From: a virus
Reading direction: 5' to 3' (one strand)
IMG/VR virus record: IMGVR_UViG_3300025853_000057
Coordinates: 12,565-76,564 of that record
DNA: 64,000 bases
In this document: piece by piece, positions 48,938 to 58,368 of the stretch
How positions within the stretch are numbered: the stretch's first letter is position 1
Layout of the letters: each line of letters starts with the position of its first letter
Notes under the pieces: generated by a model
Seen by the model: only the letters and a program-made list of their open reading frames with translations
Told to the model about the DNA's origin: nothing
Databases searched by the model: none
Position numbers and translations under genes: made by a program

Positions 48938-50224
48938 TTACAGATTACCTGCCTGAGCTGTAAGATTAGTAAAGTTACTAATGTAAGTGTCTAGTACATC
49001 TACTGTACTAGTGGCAGCACCTACATAAGAAGTATCAAATGTATTTGCAACATTGCCATCCAAAGCACAAGCTACACAAAGCTGCGCTCTAAAGTCAGTG
49101 TTAGTCAAAGCACGATTAGGCTTACTAAGTACCAATTCTAAAGTAGAGTGGTTTTGAGTAGTTACCAAATCAGTTTGAACAGTAGTAGGAGGGAACTCAG
49201 TGTAAGTGAAGATTTGTCCTTGGTTTCTCCAAGAAGAAGCTTCAAGAGTTCTCATTTGCTCATAAGTACCATGTCCAATGAAAGCATCAACAGCAGTAGT
49301 CAATGGAGTACTTCCTGCATTTTTAATACCCAATTGGAAAGTTACCAAGCTATAAGGACGAGAATCCAAAATAAAAGGTTGGTTAAGACCTGTTACACGA
49401 ATACCTAAGTCATTACCAGTTTGAAGAGTACCTTGAACAACTCTGTGAATAGCTACACCAACAGCAGTATCTCCTTGGAAAGCTGTATCTAAGGTAAGGT
49501 CATTACCAGTAATAGCTGTAATTTGATAAATTTCATCAGTTACAGTAGATTGAGAACCTACTCTAATATAATCACCTACAGCAGCAGCAGCAGCAATGTT
49601 AGGAGCATTGAGGATAGCATTACTTCCATTGGTTACAGTTACGTTATCTGTAGTAGCCACACCAGGAGTAGAAGTTACTCTTTCAATTAAAACAGGTCTG
49701 CGAGTCCAGTAAGAGATTTGTCTTACAGCTTGTCTGTAAAGGCCATTAGCTACTTCTTCTTGAGTGGCAGAACCATCAGAAAGATAATCAAACAGCACAG
49801 GAGCCATAAGAGCAGAAGCTTCTTGAGAAGCCAACTCATAAAAAGAAATTACTCCAGTGTAATAGTTGTCATTGATAGCATCAATAGCACCTACACCAGT
49901 AGCAGCATTATATCCATAGTAAGATACTTGCTGTACTTTAGCTTGGTACTCTCTGCCTACATATCTAAGGATGTCGTCAGAGGTAAACACTTGGGATTGC
50001 CATAGTTCTTCATTAGCACCACGCCCCATTACAAGTTTAATGGAATCAGCAGTAAGAACGGTAGCTGTATCTAGAATTCTGTTACTAGCGTCAGTAACAA
50101 CAATTTCACCTTGAGCAAGAATACCAGGACTTACTACAGTACCTGCGGTAGCTCCAGCACTCCTAGCAACATCTGCTCCAGCGAAAAACTTAAAATTATC
50201 TAGAATTTGCGGTTGAGAAATCAT
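48938..50224 (-). CDS. abundant virion structural protein (auxiliary capsid-like)
   Basis: 428 aa Ala/Thr/Val-rich, followed by its own terminator, downstream of MCP. Confidence 0.6.
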   Translation of the reverse strand: MISQPQILDNFKFFAGADVARSAGATAGTVVSPGILAQGEIVVTDASNRILDTATVLTADSIKLVMGRGANEELWQSQVFTSDDILRYVGREYQAKVQQVSYYGYNAATGVGAIDAINDNYYTGVISFYELASQEASALMAPVLFDYLSDGSATQEEVANGLYRQAVRQISYWTRRPVLIERVTSTPGVATTDNVTVTNGSNAILNAPNIAAAAAVGDYIRVGSQSTVTDEIYQITAITGNDLTLDTAFQGDTAVGVAIHRVVQGTLQTGNDLGIRVTGLNQPFILDSRPYSLVTFQLGIKNAGSTPLTTAVDAFIGHGTYEQMRTLEASSWRNQGQIFTYTEFPPTTVQTDLVTTQNHSTLELVLSKPNRALTNTDFRAQLCVACALDGNVANTFDTSYVGAATSTVDVLDTYISNFTNLTAQAGNL

Positions 50225-50251
50225 GTTTTTAAAGATTTAAGGTTATAATAA

Positions 50252-50680
50252 TTATCCGATTTTTACGATGTTAAACAGTACAGTTACTTGAAGAGTACCA
50301 TCAAAAGAAGCAATAGTAGCTCCAGGAGCAGAAATATCAATTCCTTTTCCAGCATATACTTCAGCAGAAGCACTTAGTTGTACACCATTAGATGCAGTAT
50401 AAGTAGCAGCAGTAGCTCCAGTAGCAAGTACAAGATTAGAATTAGTATCAGCACCTACAGCATCCAAAGCAATAAGAGGAGTAGTATCACCTGTATACAC
50501 CAAGGCAATAGGGTCATTAGCACATGAACCTACAGCAGTACCAGAGGTTTTAGCTACAATTAGGTTTTGTGGAATCAAAGCATATCCAGATTGAGGTGCT
50601 GGAACTACATTGATGGGGGTACTGCCAAGTGCATTTACTTGAGCAGCAGTTAGAGTTACAGTTCTTGCAAAAGTTTTCAT
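50252..50680 (-). CDS. putative capsid decoration protein
   Basis: 142 aa; LTAAQVNAL.STP..VVPAP..GY pattern. Confidence 0.5.
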   Translation of the reverse strand: MKTFARTVTLTAAQVNALGSTPINVVPAPQSGYALIPQNLIVAKTSGTAVGSCANDPIALVYTGDTTPLIALDAVGADTNSNLVLATGATAATYTASNGVQLSASAEVYAGKGIDISAPGATIASFDGTLQVTVLFNIVKIG

Positions 50681-50735
50681 TGCGTTTTATTTATTTATTT
50701 GATTTGTGGGTATATACGTTTGTTTTTTAAAAAAG

Positions 50736-51524
50736 TTATTCTACCTTATCAGAACTTAGTTGTAAATCTTGAGAAGGCTGAGATAAAGCTTCTTTAAGCA
50801 TCTTAACTGCTACAGTTACAATAGGTCTATGAGTAGATTCATCTAATTCACAGTTTTGCATGTTGACAGGAGTTACAAAATTATTTAAATCTACTTTTAT
50901 AGGCTTAGGTACTCTAAGGTATCTAAGGTTATATTGAGTAACATTAAAAGTACCATCTGTAATAAGTTCATGTCTTTTTCCTGTTCTATTAGTTATAAAC
51001 TCATACCCATTGGAAGCTGTAGTAGTTTGAGAATTATATCCAGTATTAGCTCTAGTGTAAGACACTCTCCATACTATACCTTCTGAGCCATTAAAGTAAG
51101 GCTTTTTAAAAGGATTGGTTTTGCTTCTATTGAAGTCATTATGAGAAATTACAAATACTGGTAAATCTGCATCTTGATTAGTAACACAATCTTTAAGATT
51201 AATAATACATCTTTCCCAGACTGTATACATAAAATCTAAAGGTAACTCAGCAAAAGCACCATTAGGCAAATTTTCAGTATTTGTAGTAAAAGCAGAAATA
51301 GATGCAGAGGCTAACAAAGGCGACAGCCCCTGCATTCTAATTTCTGTTTCTTCTAAACCCTCCTTTTTGAGATTCAATATTGAAGATATTCTAGTATGAA
51401 CAAAATGATTCTGGGCATTAGTTAATATAATATTAGCTTGTCCTTCCTGAATACCAGGAGCACCAGCAGAGTTAAGTTTTTCATACTCAACTAAAACTAA
51501 TTGCCACATTTCATTTGCTGTCAT
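50736..51524 (-). CDS. head-tail adaptor/ring protein
   Basis: MTANEM start, NPFKKP, YLRVP, CELDESTH..IV..AV; two genes after MCP. Confidence 0.65.
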   Translation of the reverse strand: MTANEMWQLVLVEYEKLNSAGAPGIQEGQANIILTNAQNHFVHTRISSILNLKKEGLEETEIRMQGLSPLLASASISAFTTNTENLPNGAFAELPLDFMYTVWERCIINLKDCVTNQDADLPVFVISHNDFNRSKTNPFKKPYFNGSEGIVWRVSYTRANTGYNSQTTTASNGYEFITNRTGKRHELITDGTFNVTQYNLRYLRVPKPIKVDLNNFVTPVNMQNCELDESTHRPIVTVAVKMLKEALSQPSQDLQLSSDKVE

Positions 51525-52468
51525 TACAATACAGAGTTAGCTACTTGATATTCTAGTTTTTTGCGGAACTCTACTTTTTCAGCATTGTTAATCAAGGAAA
51601 TAACATCACCTAATCCACCTAGAGGCTCATCTCCCATTGAGGAGTATTTGTTACCTACTTTTTTAAGTGCTCCAGCTCTCACAGCTTTAAAGATGAGAAT
51701 CTTATCTTCTCTATTTTCATCTTTAATGTTTTCTAAGAAAAGCTTGGGATTAGTTTCTGCTACTTCATACACTAGATTAAACAGTACTTCAGTAGAGGCA
51801 GTTTTGGAAAGAACATTGTTTGGGTCTTTAACAATAAGGAACTCCATTAGAGCATCTCTATTGTCTTTCATTTTATTAAACTCTTCAATAGCCTTAAGAC
51901 GAAGGTTAATTTCTTCTTTCTTACGGTCTACAGATACTTTTTCATCAACTAAAGCAAACCAGTAGCTAGGTTTAGAATTTCTCTCTTCCCAAGAAGGAGC
52001 AATATACCTGTCATTGGTTTTAAGGACTCTCCATTCAATATTTTGCCAAACATTTGACAAATCTAAGGTAGTACCCTCTTTAGATAGTTTAACTGAAAAA
52101 GGCTTTTTTCCTTTGTTATTAGGCCCTTCTGAAACCCAACCAGACCAAAAGTTTTTAGTCTCCTTAGTAAAAGACAAGTCATAACCTGTAATTCTATTAA
52201 AGAACTCTAACTCAGTCATAGGTTCATCAGGGAATTGGGGAGTAATTACTTTTTGTATGTTATCAAAAATAGGTAAAAACTCTCCAGTAGTTTTGTCTCT
52301 TTTTAATTCTAGAGACCTAGACATTCCTTCGATAATAAAACCTTCAGGAAGCTGTTCCACTTGTTGATTAACAAATGTTCTTGTTTCTACAGGTACTACA
52401 CGTACAGTACGCTGTCTTAGAAAATCCTTATTTGGATATTCACTCTTTTTTTCTGTAGTTCTGGGCAT
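51524..52468 (-). CDS. conserved crAss-like protein immediately downstream of MCP
   Basis: 314 aa; NFW, LDLS, IAPS motifs; synteny. Confidence 0.6.
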   Translation of the reverse strand: MPRTTEKKSEYPNKDFLRQRTVRVVPVETRTFVNQQVEQLPEGFIIEGMSRSLELKRDKTTGEFLPIFDNIQKVITPQFPDEPMTELEFFNRITGYDLSFTKETKNFWSGWVSEGPNNKGKKPFSVKLSKEGTTLDLSNVWQNIEWRVLKTNDRYIAPSWEERNSKPSYWFALVDEKVSVDRKKEEINLRLKAIEEFNKMKDNRDALMEFLIVKDPNNVLSKTASTEVLFNLVYEVAETNPKLFLENIKDENREDKILIFKAVRAGALKKVGNKYSSMGDEPLGGLGDVISLINNAEKVEFRKKLEYQVANSVL

Positions 52469-52497
52469 AGCAATTTATTTAAGTTAAATATGCTTGC

Positions 52498-52521
52498 AAA
52501 AGTGGGGATTTCTCCCCACTT
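52498..52521 (-). terminator. intrinsic terminator after MCP
   Basis: Minus strand AAGTGGGGA-GAAA-TCCCCACTT then TT (GNRA tetraloop). Confidence 0.85.
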
Positions 52522-52539
52522 AAGCAAACAAACAACAGA

Positions 52540-54072
52540 TTAGATGTTATAAGGCATCCACACAAGTTTAGTTGGGTCTTCAACAACACAACCAGTCCAT
52601 TCCATACCATGTACTTCATAAGCATCTACAGGGCTAGTAGTCATAGCAGAACCTGCATTTACTTTGCTAGTATATGGAGAGAAGGGGTCACGCATACCAG
52701 GAATATATTTAAATACTCCATTTTCAAGACCTTTAACAGTAAGACGATGAATACCAGGGTCACCCAAGAACTCACCATTAGCCATTTTATGTCCACCACG
52801 GATTAACATGTGACGAGAAGCATTAAGACCATATCCAGATGGATGTTTTTCTTTGTAACGCTCTACATCATCAAAGAAAGGTCTGTGCTTAACCATAATG
52901 TTAACACCATTGTAAGACTTAAACTGGGTGTAAACACCTTGATAAGTCAAACCTTGGCTTCCCATGTCTCCATTTTTCTGTACTCTTTCAGTAACAAAGT
53001 TAGGAGTATATTGAGTGGAACGGTTTTCAATCCATTCAGAAATGTCTCTCTTACCATAAGCACCAGTCTCAATAACTACATAGTACTCATCTTGCATTTT
53101 GTAAGCCAAGCCCATTTCAATGGTCATGTCTACAATTTTATCAAGGTTAAGAGTAGAATAAGGGTGGATATTGGTGTTAGCAATTTGCTTAAACATACCA
53201 GCAAAAGTCTGGATAGTACAGCCATTACGGTCATCAATACCATAGTAAATCTCATTCTGAGTGTAGTTCTTATGAGAGAACAAGAAAGCTCTAGCTTGTT
53301 GCTTCTTAAATTGGTAAAGAGCTACCATATCATAGAAGTTAACAAAAGCACCAGTGTAAGGCTTAGGATTCTTAGGGTCAGTGGGGTCAGGGAATCCAAA
53401 AGCAAGAGGTACGTTTTTACCTTCAGCAATCATGTTACCATCTACTTTGTACATCATACGTTGTAGGGCAGCACGAGCTTTAAGTTCCATAAAGGTAGTA
53501 AAGTGGGCTTGAGTACCACTCATAGAACGCTCACCAGATTGGAAGTTAGTTTCCTTAGACCAACGAGTACCAATGCTCAATTCACTAGAAGGAACAGAAC
53601 GATTAGAAGGGTCGTCAGTAATAAGCACTACTTCATACTTCCAACGATTAGGAGCTTCTTCTTCTACACTCTTAATTTGAATGTAGTAATCATCAGGATT
53701 GTGTCCTACAATTACATCATTAATATCGAAGAAACGCTCTCCAAAAATCATAAACCAACGAGCTTGGTTAATACCTACAGAAGCAGGTTTAGAACCAGTG
53801 GTGTCATACCAGTCAAGAAGCTGGACAGTTTTATTGTTGTTACCAGCTACTCTCCAATGATAAAACTTATTTTCAGTGTCGAGAACCTTAGTAGGAAACT
53901 CGTTCATAAAGTTTACATAATCATCAGAAGGTAGAGTTTGGAAAATTCTACGATACATATCAGAAGCCAATTGAGGCTCAATCATGCCTAGCTCTCCCAA
54001 GTGGGGAACTTTAAGAGGTCCATTAAATGTTTTAGGACCATACCTTGCGACTAGCGGAAATAATTCAGTCAT
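52540..54072 (-). CDS. major capsid protein (crAss-like)
   Basis: 510 aa; order TerL-portal-scaffold-MCP; YIPGMRDPF and VDAYEVH motifs; followed by a terminator. Confidence 0.88.
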   Translation of the reverse strand: MTELFPLVARYGPKTFNGPLKVPHLGELGMIEPQLASDMYRRIFQTLPSDDYVNFMNEFPTKVLDTENKFYHWRVAGNNNKTVQLLDWYDTTGSKPASVGINQARWFMIFGERFFDINDVIVGHNPDDYYIQIKSVEEEAPNRWKYEVVLITDDPSNRSVPSSELSIGTRWSKETNFQSGERSMSGTQAHFTTFMELKARAALQRMMYKVDGNMIAEGKNVPLAFGFPDPTDPKNPKPYTGAFVNFYDMVALYQFKKQQARAFLFSHKNYTQNEIYYGIDDRNGCTIQTFAGMFKQIANTNIHPYSTLNLDKIVDMTIEMGLAYKMQDEYYVVIETGAYGKRDISEWIENRSTQYTPNFVTERVQKNGDMGSQGLTYQGVYTQFKSYNGVNIMVKHRPFFDDVERYKEKHPSGYGLNASRHMLIRGGHKMANGEFLGDPGIHRLTVKGLENGVFKYIPGMRDPFSPYTSKVNAGSAMTTSPVDAYEVHGMEWTGCVVEDPTKLVWMPYNI

Positions 54073-54096
54073 TGTTTTAGTGTTTAATTATTGGTT

Positions 54097-55341
54097 TTAA
54101 TCTTGAGAACTTGCGTATTTTTTAGAAAGGGTTGCCCATTTTTTAAGGTGGTCTTCTTTTTCTTCATCAAACTCAATTGAATCTGAAGAACTATAACCAC
54201 TTGTTTTTCTCCTAATGTTATCATTTTGAACTGCTTTTTCCAGTTGCTTAATTGCTTCATTTTTTCCTAAACTGGAAATAGCTGAAAAATCAGGAACAAA
54301 ATCTTTTTTACGGGCATCATATTTGAAAAGACCCATAGTATGATACAACCTAAGTAAGGCATCAAACTTGTTAGGGTCTACTTCTCTGGTAGCTAGAATA
54401 GGATTAACTTTTTTGCCATCTTGAGTTTGTACTAAAGAATACTCCTTCATCCAGTTATCTTTCATTTTTTTAGTGAGCTTAATTCCTCCAATTTCTTCAG
54501 TAGAATTAAGGTACTCTTGCAACTCTTCAGCTTGCCTAGCATAAAACTCTCTAGTTTGCTGCTCTTGGTGAGCAAGCTTTTGTTTTTCGTAGTCTTCTGC
54601 CTTTTGCAAGAGTTCATTAAACTCAGGAATAATTTCTAAAGCATCATCTACTAAGCTTCCTACCTCTTCTTTTTTATCTACTTCTTTCTTAATTCTTTCT
54701 TCAGAAAAAGCAGTAGTATGTCTTAGGTATTCAGCATACAGATTTTTAGCTTTGTTAGGGTCTTCAATAAGAGCATCCTCTGTAATATTTTCAGAGAGCT
54801 TATAGCCTTTTATAATAGAAGAAGCTGCTTCTTCAGACAAGCCACTTTCCATTAAGTCTACAAACTTCTGTTGTAGAGGAGTTAGGTTATTTTGAATATA
54901 ATCTTCAGCTAACTGCTCTGCATTTTTGGTAGCGTAAGTATCAAGGTACTCTAGGAAAGCTTCTGGAGTATCTTCAAACTCCTCTTCATTAAAGTCTTCA
55001 AAACCTCCTGTTTTTTCTTGCATAGCTTTAATAATAGCTGCATACTTTTTAGCAGAAGATTTGGGAGAACTATCAGAGGTTTCTTTAGGTTTGTCTGTTG
55101 ATGATTCTGTAGATGCAGTTGAAGAACTATTCTCATCTGTAGAATTATCTAAATCAGTAATAGGTACTAAACCACTTTTATCTCCTTCAGTGTCGTTAGA
55201 AGAAGTATCAGCAGTTTTATTATTATCATCAGCGTTATTATCAGTATTAGTAGGTTCAGTACTACTACTGTTTTCAGCTTCCGATAAGCTCATTAGAGGT
55301 TGTTCCTCTACTTGCAAAGAATTTAAAAAATCTAGTGCCAT
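54097..55341 (-). CDS. putative capsid scaffolding protein
   Basis: Acidic, low-complexity N-terminus plus helical body, directly upstream of MCP. Confidence 0.65.
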   Translation of the reverse strand: MALDFLNSLQVEEQPLMSLSEAENSSSTEPTNTDNNADDNNKTADTSSNDTEGDKSGLVPITDLDNSTDENSSSTASTESSTDKPKETSDSSPKSSAKKYAAIIKAMQEKTGGFEDFNEEEFEDTPEAFLEYLDTYATKNAEQLAEDYIQNNLTPLQQKFVDLMESGLSEEAASSIIKGYKLSENITEDALIEDPNKAKNLYAEYLRHTTAFSEERIKKEVDKKEEVGSLVDDALEIIPEFNELLQKAEDYEKQKLAHQEQQTREFYARQAEELQEYLNSTEEIGGIKLTKKMKDNWMKEYSLVQTQDGKKVNPILATREVDPNKFDALLRLYHTMGLFKYDARKKDFVPDFSAISSLGKNEAIKQLEKAVQNDNIRRKTSGYSSSDSIEFDEEKEDHLKKWATLSKKYASSQD

Positions 55342-55365
55342 AATCTAAGTTGTTGTTTTATACTA

Positions 55366-55373
55366 CGAAATTA
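55366..55373 (-). promoter_or_regulatory. putative -7 promoter element TAATTTCG upstream of scaffold/MCP
   Basis: TAnnTTTG variant about 25 nt before the ATG in a 111-nt intergenic gap. Confidence 0.45.
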
Positions 55374-55452
55374 TATAAAAGTTACATTTTTAAGTGCTAC
55401 TTGTTTCTATTGTGTGGAAAGTATATAGCAATTATATATAACTTATATACGG

Positions 55453-55845
55453 TTATGATAGGTTTTTAAGTTTATATAGTGTAGACTGGATTAAAGTTTT
55501 TACCTCATCTACTTGATTTAGTAGGGCTGAATCTGTAAAAATCTTTTTATTCTCATCTATATATTTGAGAAGTTCTTGTAAGTGGCTTACAGCATTTTGA
55601 TTAGAAGATGCAGGAATTTCAAGTTTAATAAGTCCATGTAAACCTTGGTAAGCTTCTACAAATGAATCTATAAAATCTAAGAGAGAATCATAGTAGGAGT
55701 TTAAAGCTTTGTGTTCTGCATAGCTAGTTGTAGCTAAGTGAGCTAAGTGAGTAATATCTCTAGATTGAAATAACTTAGCTATAAACTTCTCAGGAGAAGC
55801 TTTTGAAAACTTTACATTTTGTAACTCTTTTATAATATCTTCCAT
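55453..55845 (-). CDS. ferritin/Dps-like four-helix protein (DUF5856-like)
   Basis: HLAHLATTSYAEHKAL..YY....D...EAYQG; ends YKL..L. Confidence 0.75.
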   Translation of the reverse strand: MEDIIKELQNVKFSKASPEKFIAKLFQSRDITHLAHLATTSYAEHKALNSYYDSLLDFIDSFVEAYQGLHGLIKLEIPASSNQNAVSHLQELLKYIDENKKIFTDSALLNQVDEVKTLIQSTLYKLKNLS

Positions 55846-55850
55846 TGTAA

Positions 55851-58367
55851 TTATTTTTTAATTGATTTCTTTTCTCCAGCTACAGGATTTTTAAGTTTTA
55901 TTTTTTCTACTTCTTTTGCAGTATCAGATTTTAGTTTCTCAATGCGTTCTTGAGTTCTTAGTTTTTCCTTTTCTACATTTATTTTTTCTCTTTCTATAGC
56001 TGCTTTAGTAGAAAGTTCTAGTTTCTTATCTGCTTCTTTAGCAGATATTTCTCTATCTTTTTGGTAAAGCTTTTCTAGTTCTATAGGGTCAGGAATACCA
56101 TCATTATCTAAATCCATGTTTTCCTTTCTACTATATGTTTGTATGGTAGCTATTTGAAGTCTTGTAGCATTTTCAGAATCTATCTTATACTTTTCAAGTT
56201 CTAGTTTCTGTCTCTCTATATTAAGTTTTTCCATCTGTAGCTGAGTCTCAGCTTGGACTTCTTCTTTCTTAGCTGCTAAAACTCTTTCCTCACTTTGTTG
56301 CTGCATTTGCAGCATTTCTTCTCTTCTACGTTTTAGAGTTCTAGCAGCATCTTGAACGCTTTCTGTTTTGACTAAGTTAATCAAGTCTGCTGCATCAGCA
56401 GTACCAGCAGCAATAGCTTGTTGGAAATTAGACTCTAGCATCTGTAGCAATCTTGCATCTTCAGAAGACCTAGATACTTGCAAGTCAAAGTCAGCTAATA
56501 GTATTGCTGAAATTTCTTCATCTGTAATAACTTCTTTAGAAAAGTCATCCATTAAGTAAGCTAATCTCTTAGGGTTCTTTTTTAGAATGCTAATACCTAT
56601 ATCTAGTATTCTTCTAAGACATCTCTCTTTGAAAAACTCGTTTTTAGCAAACCACCTTTCTGTAGTTAAGGCAGATTGGCTTACAGACCTTTCTACATTT
56701 CCTACTAATTCTGTAGAACTAATGGCTCCCTGTCTTTGCTGAGTTACTCCAGATACTATGTCCATAGTTTGAACAATATTATTCAGTACATTATTAAGCA
56801 CTTGTATAGGGCCACTTTGATTAGCAGACAGTCTATTAGGAGTAATAGTATTAAATGTGCCAGCAGACTGCATACCTTTAGGAGTCATTACATCTGCTGT
56901 AGGGTCCATAGGCATAAATGCAGTAGAGGTTACATAGTTCAAAAACTCATGTAAAGTCATATTATCTGGTATCATACTAGTTGGAAACTGTACAATATCA
57001 GGTAACATTAGATTGACTAGTATCTGTCTTTTATAGTCAAATATGTTGTATAAGTAATCATAAGGTTTTATAATATCCATCAAAGACTGGGCTCTAGAGG
57101 AATTTGTATTATAAAACTGAATTACTACAGGAGGTGGCTGTCTTGAAATATTATCTAAAGAATTAGATAAATAAGGTATAGGTTGAGCTTTTAAATATAT
57201 GTTAGCTCCAATCTTATAACCTCTCCACCATTCATTAATCCATTCTATTTTATGAACTTCTTCTCCTATTGATGCATCAGGCTTATACTTTTGGTGTTCA
57301 TACCTTAAGTTTTCTACTCCATTTTCATCAAGACTCTTAATAACCAGTACTTTCCTTTTAGACCTCCAGATACAATGCATCAGTCTAATGTTACCTCTTG
57401 CATCAAAGTAACTTGAAAACATAGGTAGGTCTAAATCCCCTAGAGGCATTACTTCTTGAACTCTAGCAGTAGCAGAATCTGTAGGAATAGCTAATTCTCC
57501 TACATGACCATACATAGGATAAGTAAAATAAGGCTGAGGCCCTGAGTTATAACCTCTATAATCTTCTAACTCTTTAATCTGTGCAGGAGTTAGCTCATCA
57601 TGGAATAAATCTACTAAAGAAGATATAGTGTGATAGGTTACTTCTACTAAAGCCTCAAGACCACTTTCATCAGTGGCATGCCCATTCATAATAGTAAATA
57701 TTCTAGTAGGGTCACCTTTTCTTATAGAAATTTCTCCTCCTAGCTCTTCTATAAAGCAGTACTGCTCTGCTGCAATTAAAGCATCTTCAAAAGCTGCATC
57801 AAATACTCTGTCTTTGATATTGTAGTACTTATAAAGGTACTTAAGCAATTTATTAGCTCCTCTTTCTGCAATATCAAAGAAGGAAGAATTTGTGTACTCT
57901 TCTAATTCCTTTAATCTTCGTTCTGCTTTTTGAGGGTCATAATTAGGATTTTGAATCTGTTCTATAAAAAAGTTAATGTATTCTTTAGTCTTAAGCTCTT
58001 CTACTTCTCTAATACCTTCTTGGTCTACAGAACTTCTAATAACTCTAAAGTCAAATTTTCTTTTTATATGCTCACCTACCAATAGGTCAATCTTAGAATT
58101 ACCAATACCTTTATGTTCCATTCTAGCTGGAAAAGTTCCTAACCCTAATCCATAAGGGTCAACAACCTTTTCAACATCATTCATATTTAGAATGCCTCTT
58201 TTAAGGTTATAGTTAGTAACCTTATTGTAGTAAGAGTTTTTAATTTGCCTGTTTTCAAAAAGGACTAATCCTTCAAAAGCATCTATATTATCTTTCTGCC
58301 ATTTAGTTTTAGCCTTCTCTGAATCAGATACCATCTGACTAGGAGCTACAAATACCCTATTATACAT
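55851..58367 (-). CDS. portal protein
   Basis: 838 aa following TerL; EWINEWW.G.KIG, SGVTQQRQG...ELVGNVERS, coiled-coil C-terminus. Confidence 0.88.
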   Translation of the reverse strand: MYNRVFVAPSQMVSDSEKAKTKWQKDNIDAFEGLVLFENRQIKNSYYNKVTNYNLKRGILNMNDVEKVVDPYGLGLGTFPARMEHKGIGNSKIDLLVGEHIKRKFDFRVIRSSVDQEGIREVEELKTKEYINFFIEQIQNPNYDPQKAERRLKELEEYTNSSFFDIAERGANKLLKYLYKYYNIKDRVFDAAFEDALIAAEQYCFIEELGGEISIRKGDPTRIFTIMNGHATDESGLEALVEVTYHTISSLVDLFHDELTPAQIKELEDYRGYNSGPQPYFTYPMYGHVGELAIPTDSATARVQEVMPLGDLDLPMFSSYFDARGNIRLMHCIWRSKRKVLVIKSLDENGVENLRYEHQKYKPDASIGEEVHKIEWINEWWRGYKIGANIYLKAQPIPYLSNSLDNISRQPPPVVIQFYNTNSSRAQSLMDIIKPYDYLYNIFDYKRQILVNLMLPDIVQFPTSMIPDNMTLHEFLNYVTSTAFMPMDPTADVMTPKGMQSAGTFNTITPNRLSANQSGPIQVLNNVLNNIVQTMDIVSGVTQQRQGAISSTELVGNVERSVSQSALTTERWFAKNEFFKERCLRRILDIGISILKKNPKRLAYLMDDFSKEVITDEEISAILLADFDLQVSRSSEDARLLQMLESNFQQAIAAGTADAADLINLVKTESVQDAARTLKRRREEMLQMQQQSEERVLAAKKEEVQAETQLQMEKLNIERQKLELEKYKIDSENATRLQIATIQTYSRKENMDLDNDGIPDPIELEKLYQKDREISAKEADKKLELSTKAAIEREKINVEKEKLRTQERIEKLKSDTAKEVEKIKLKNPVAGEKKSIKK

Positions 58368-58368
58368 A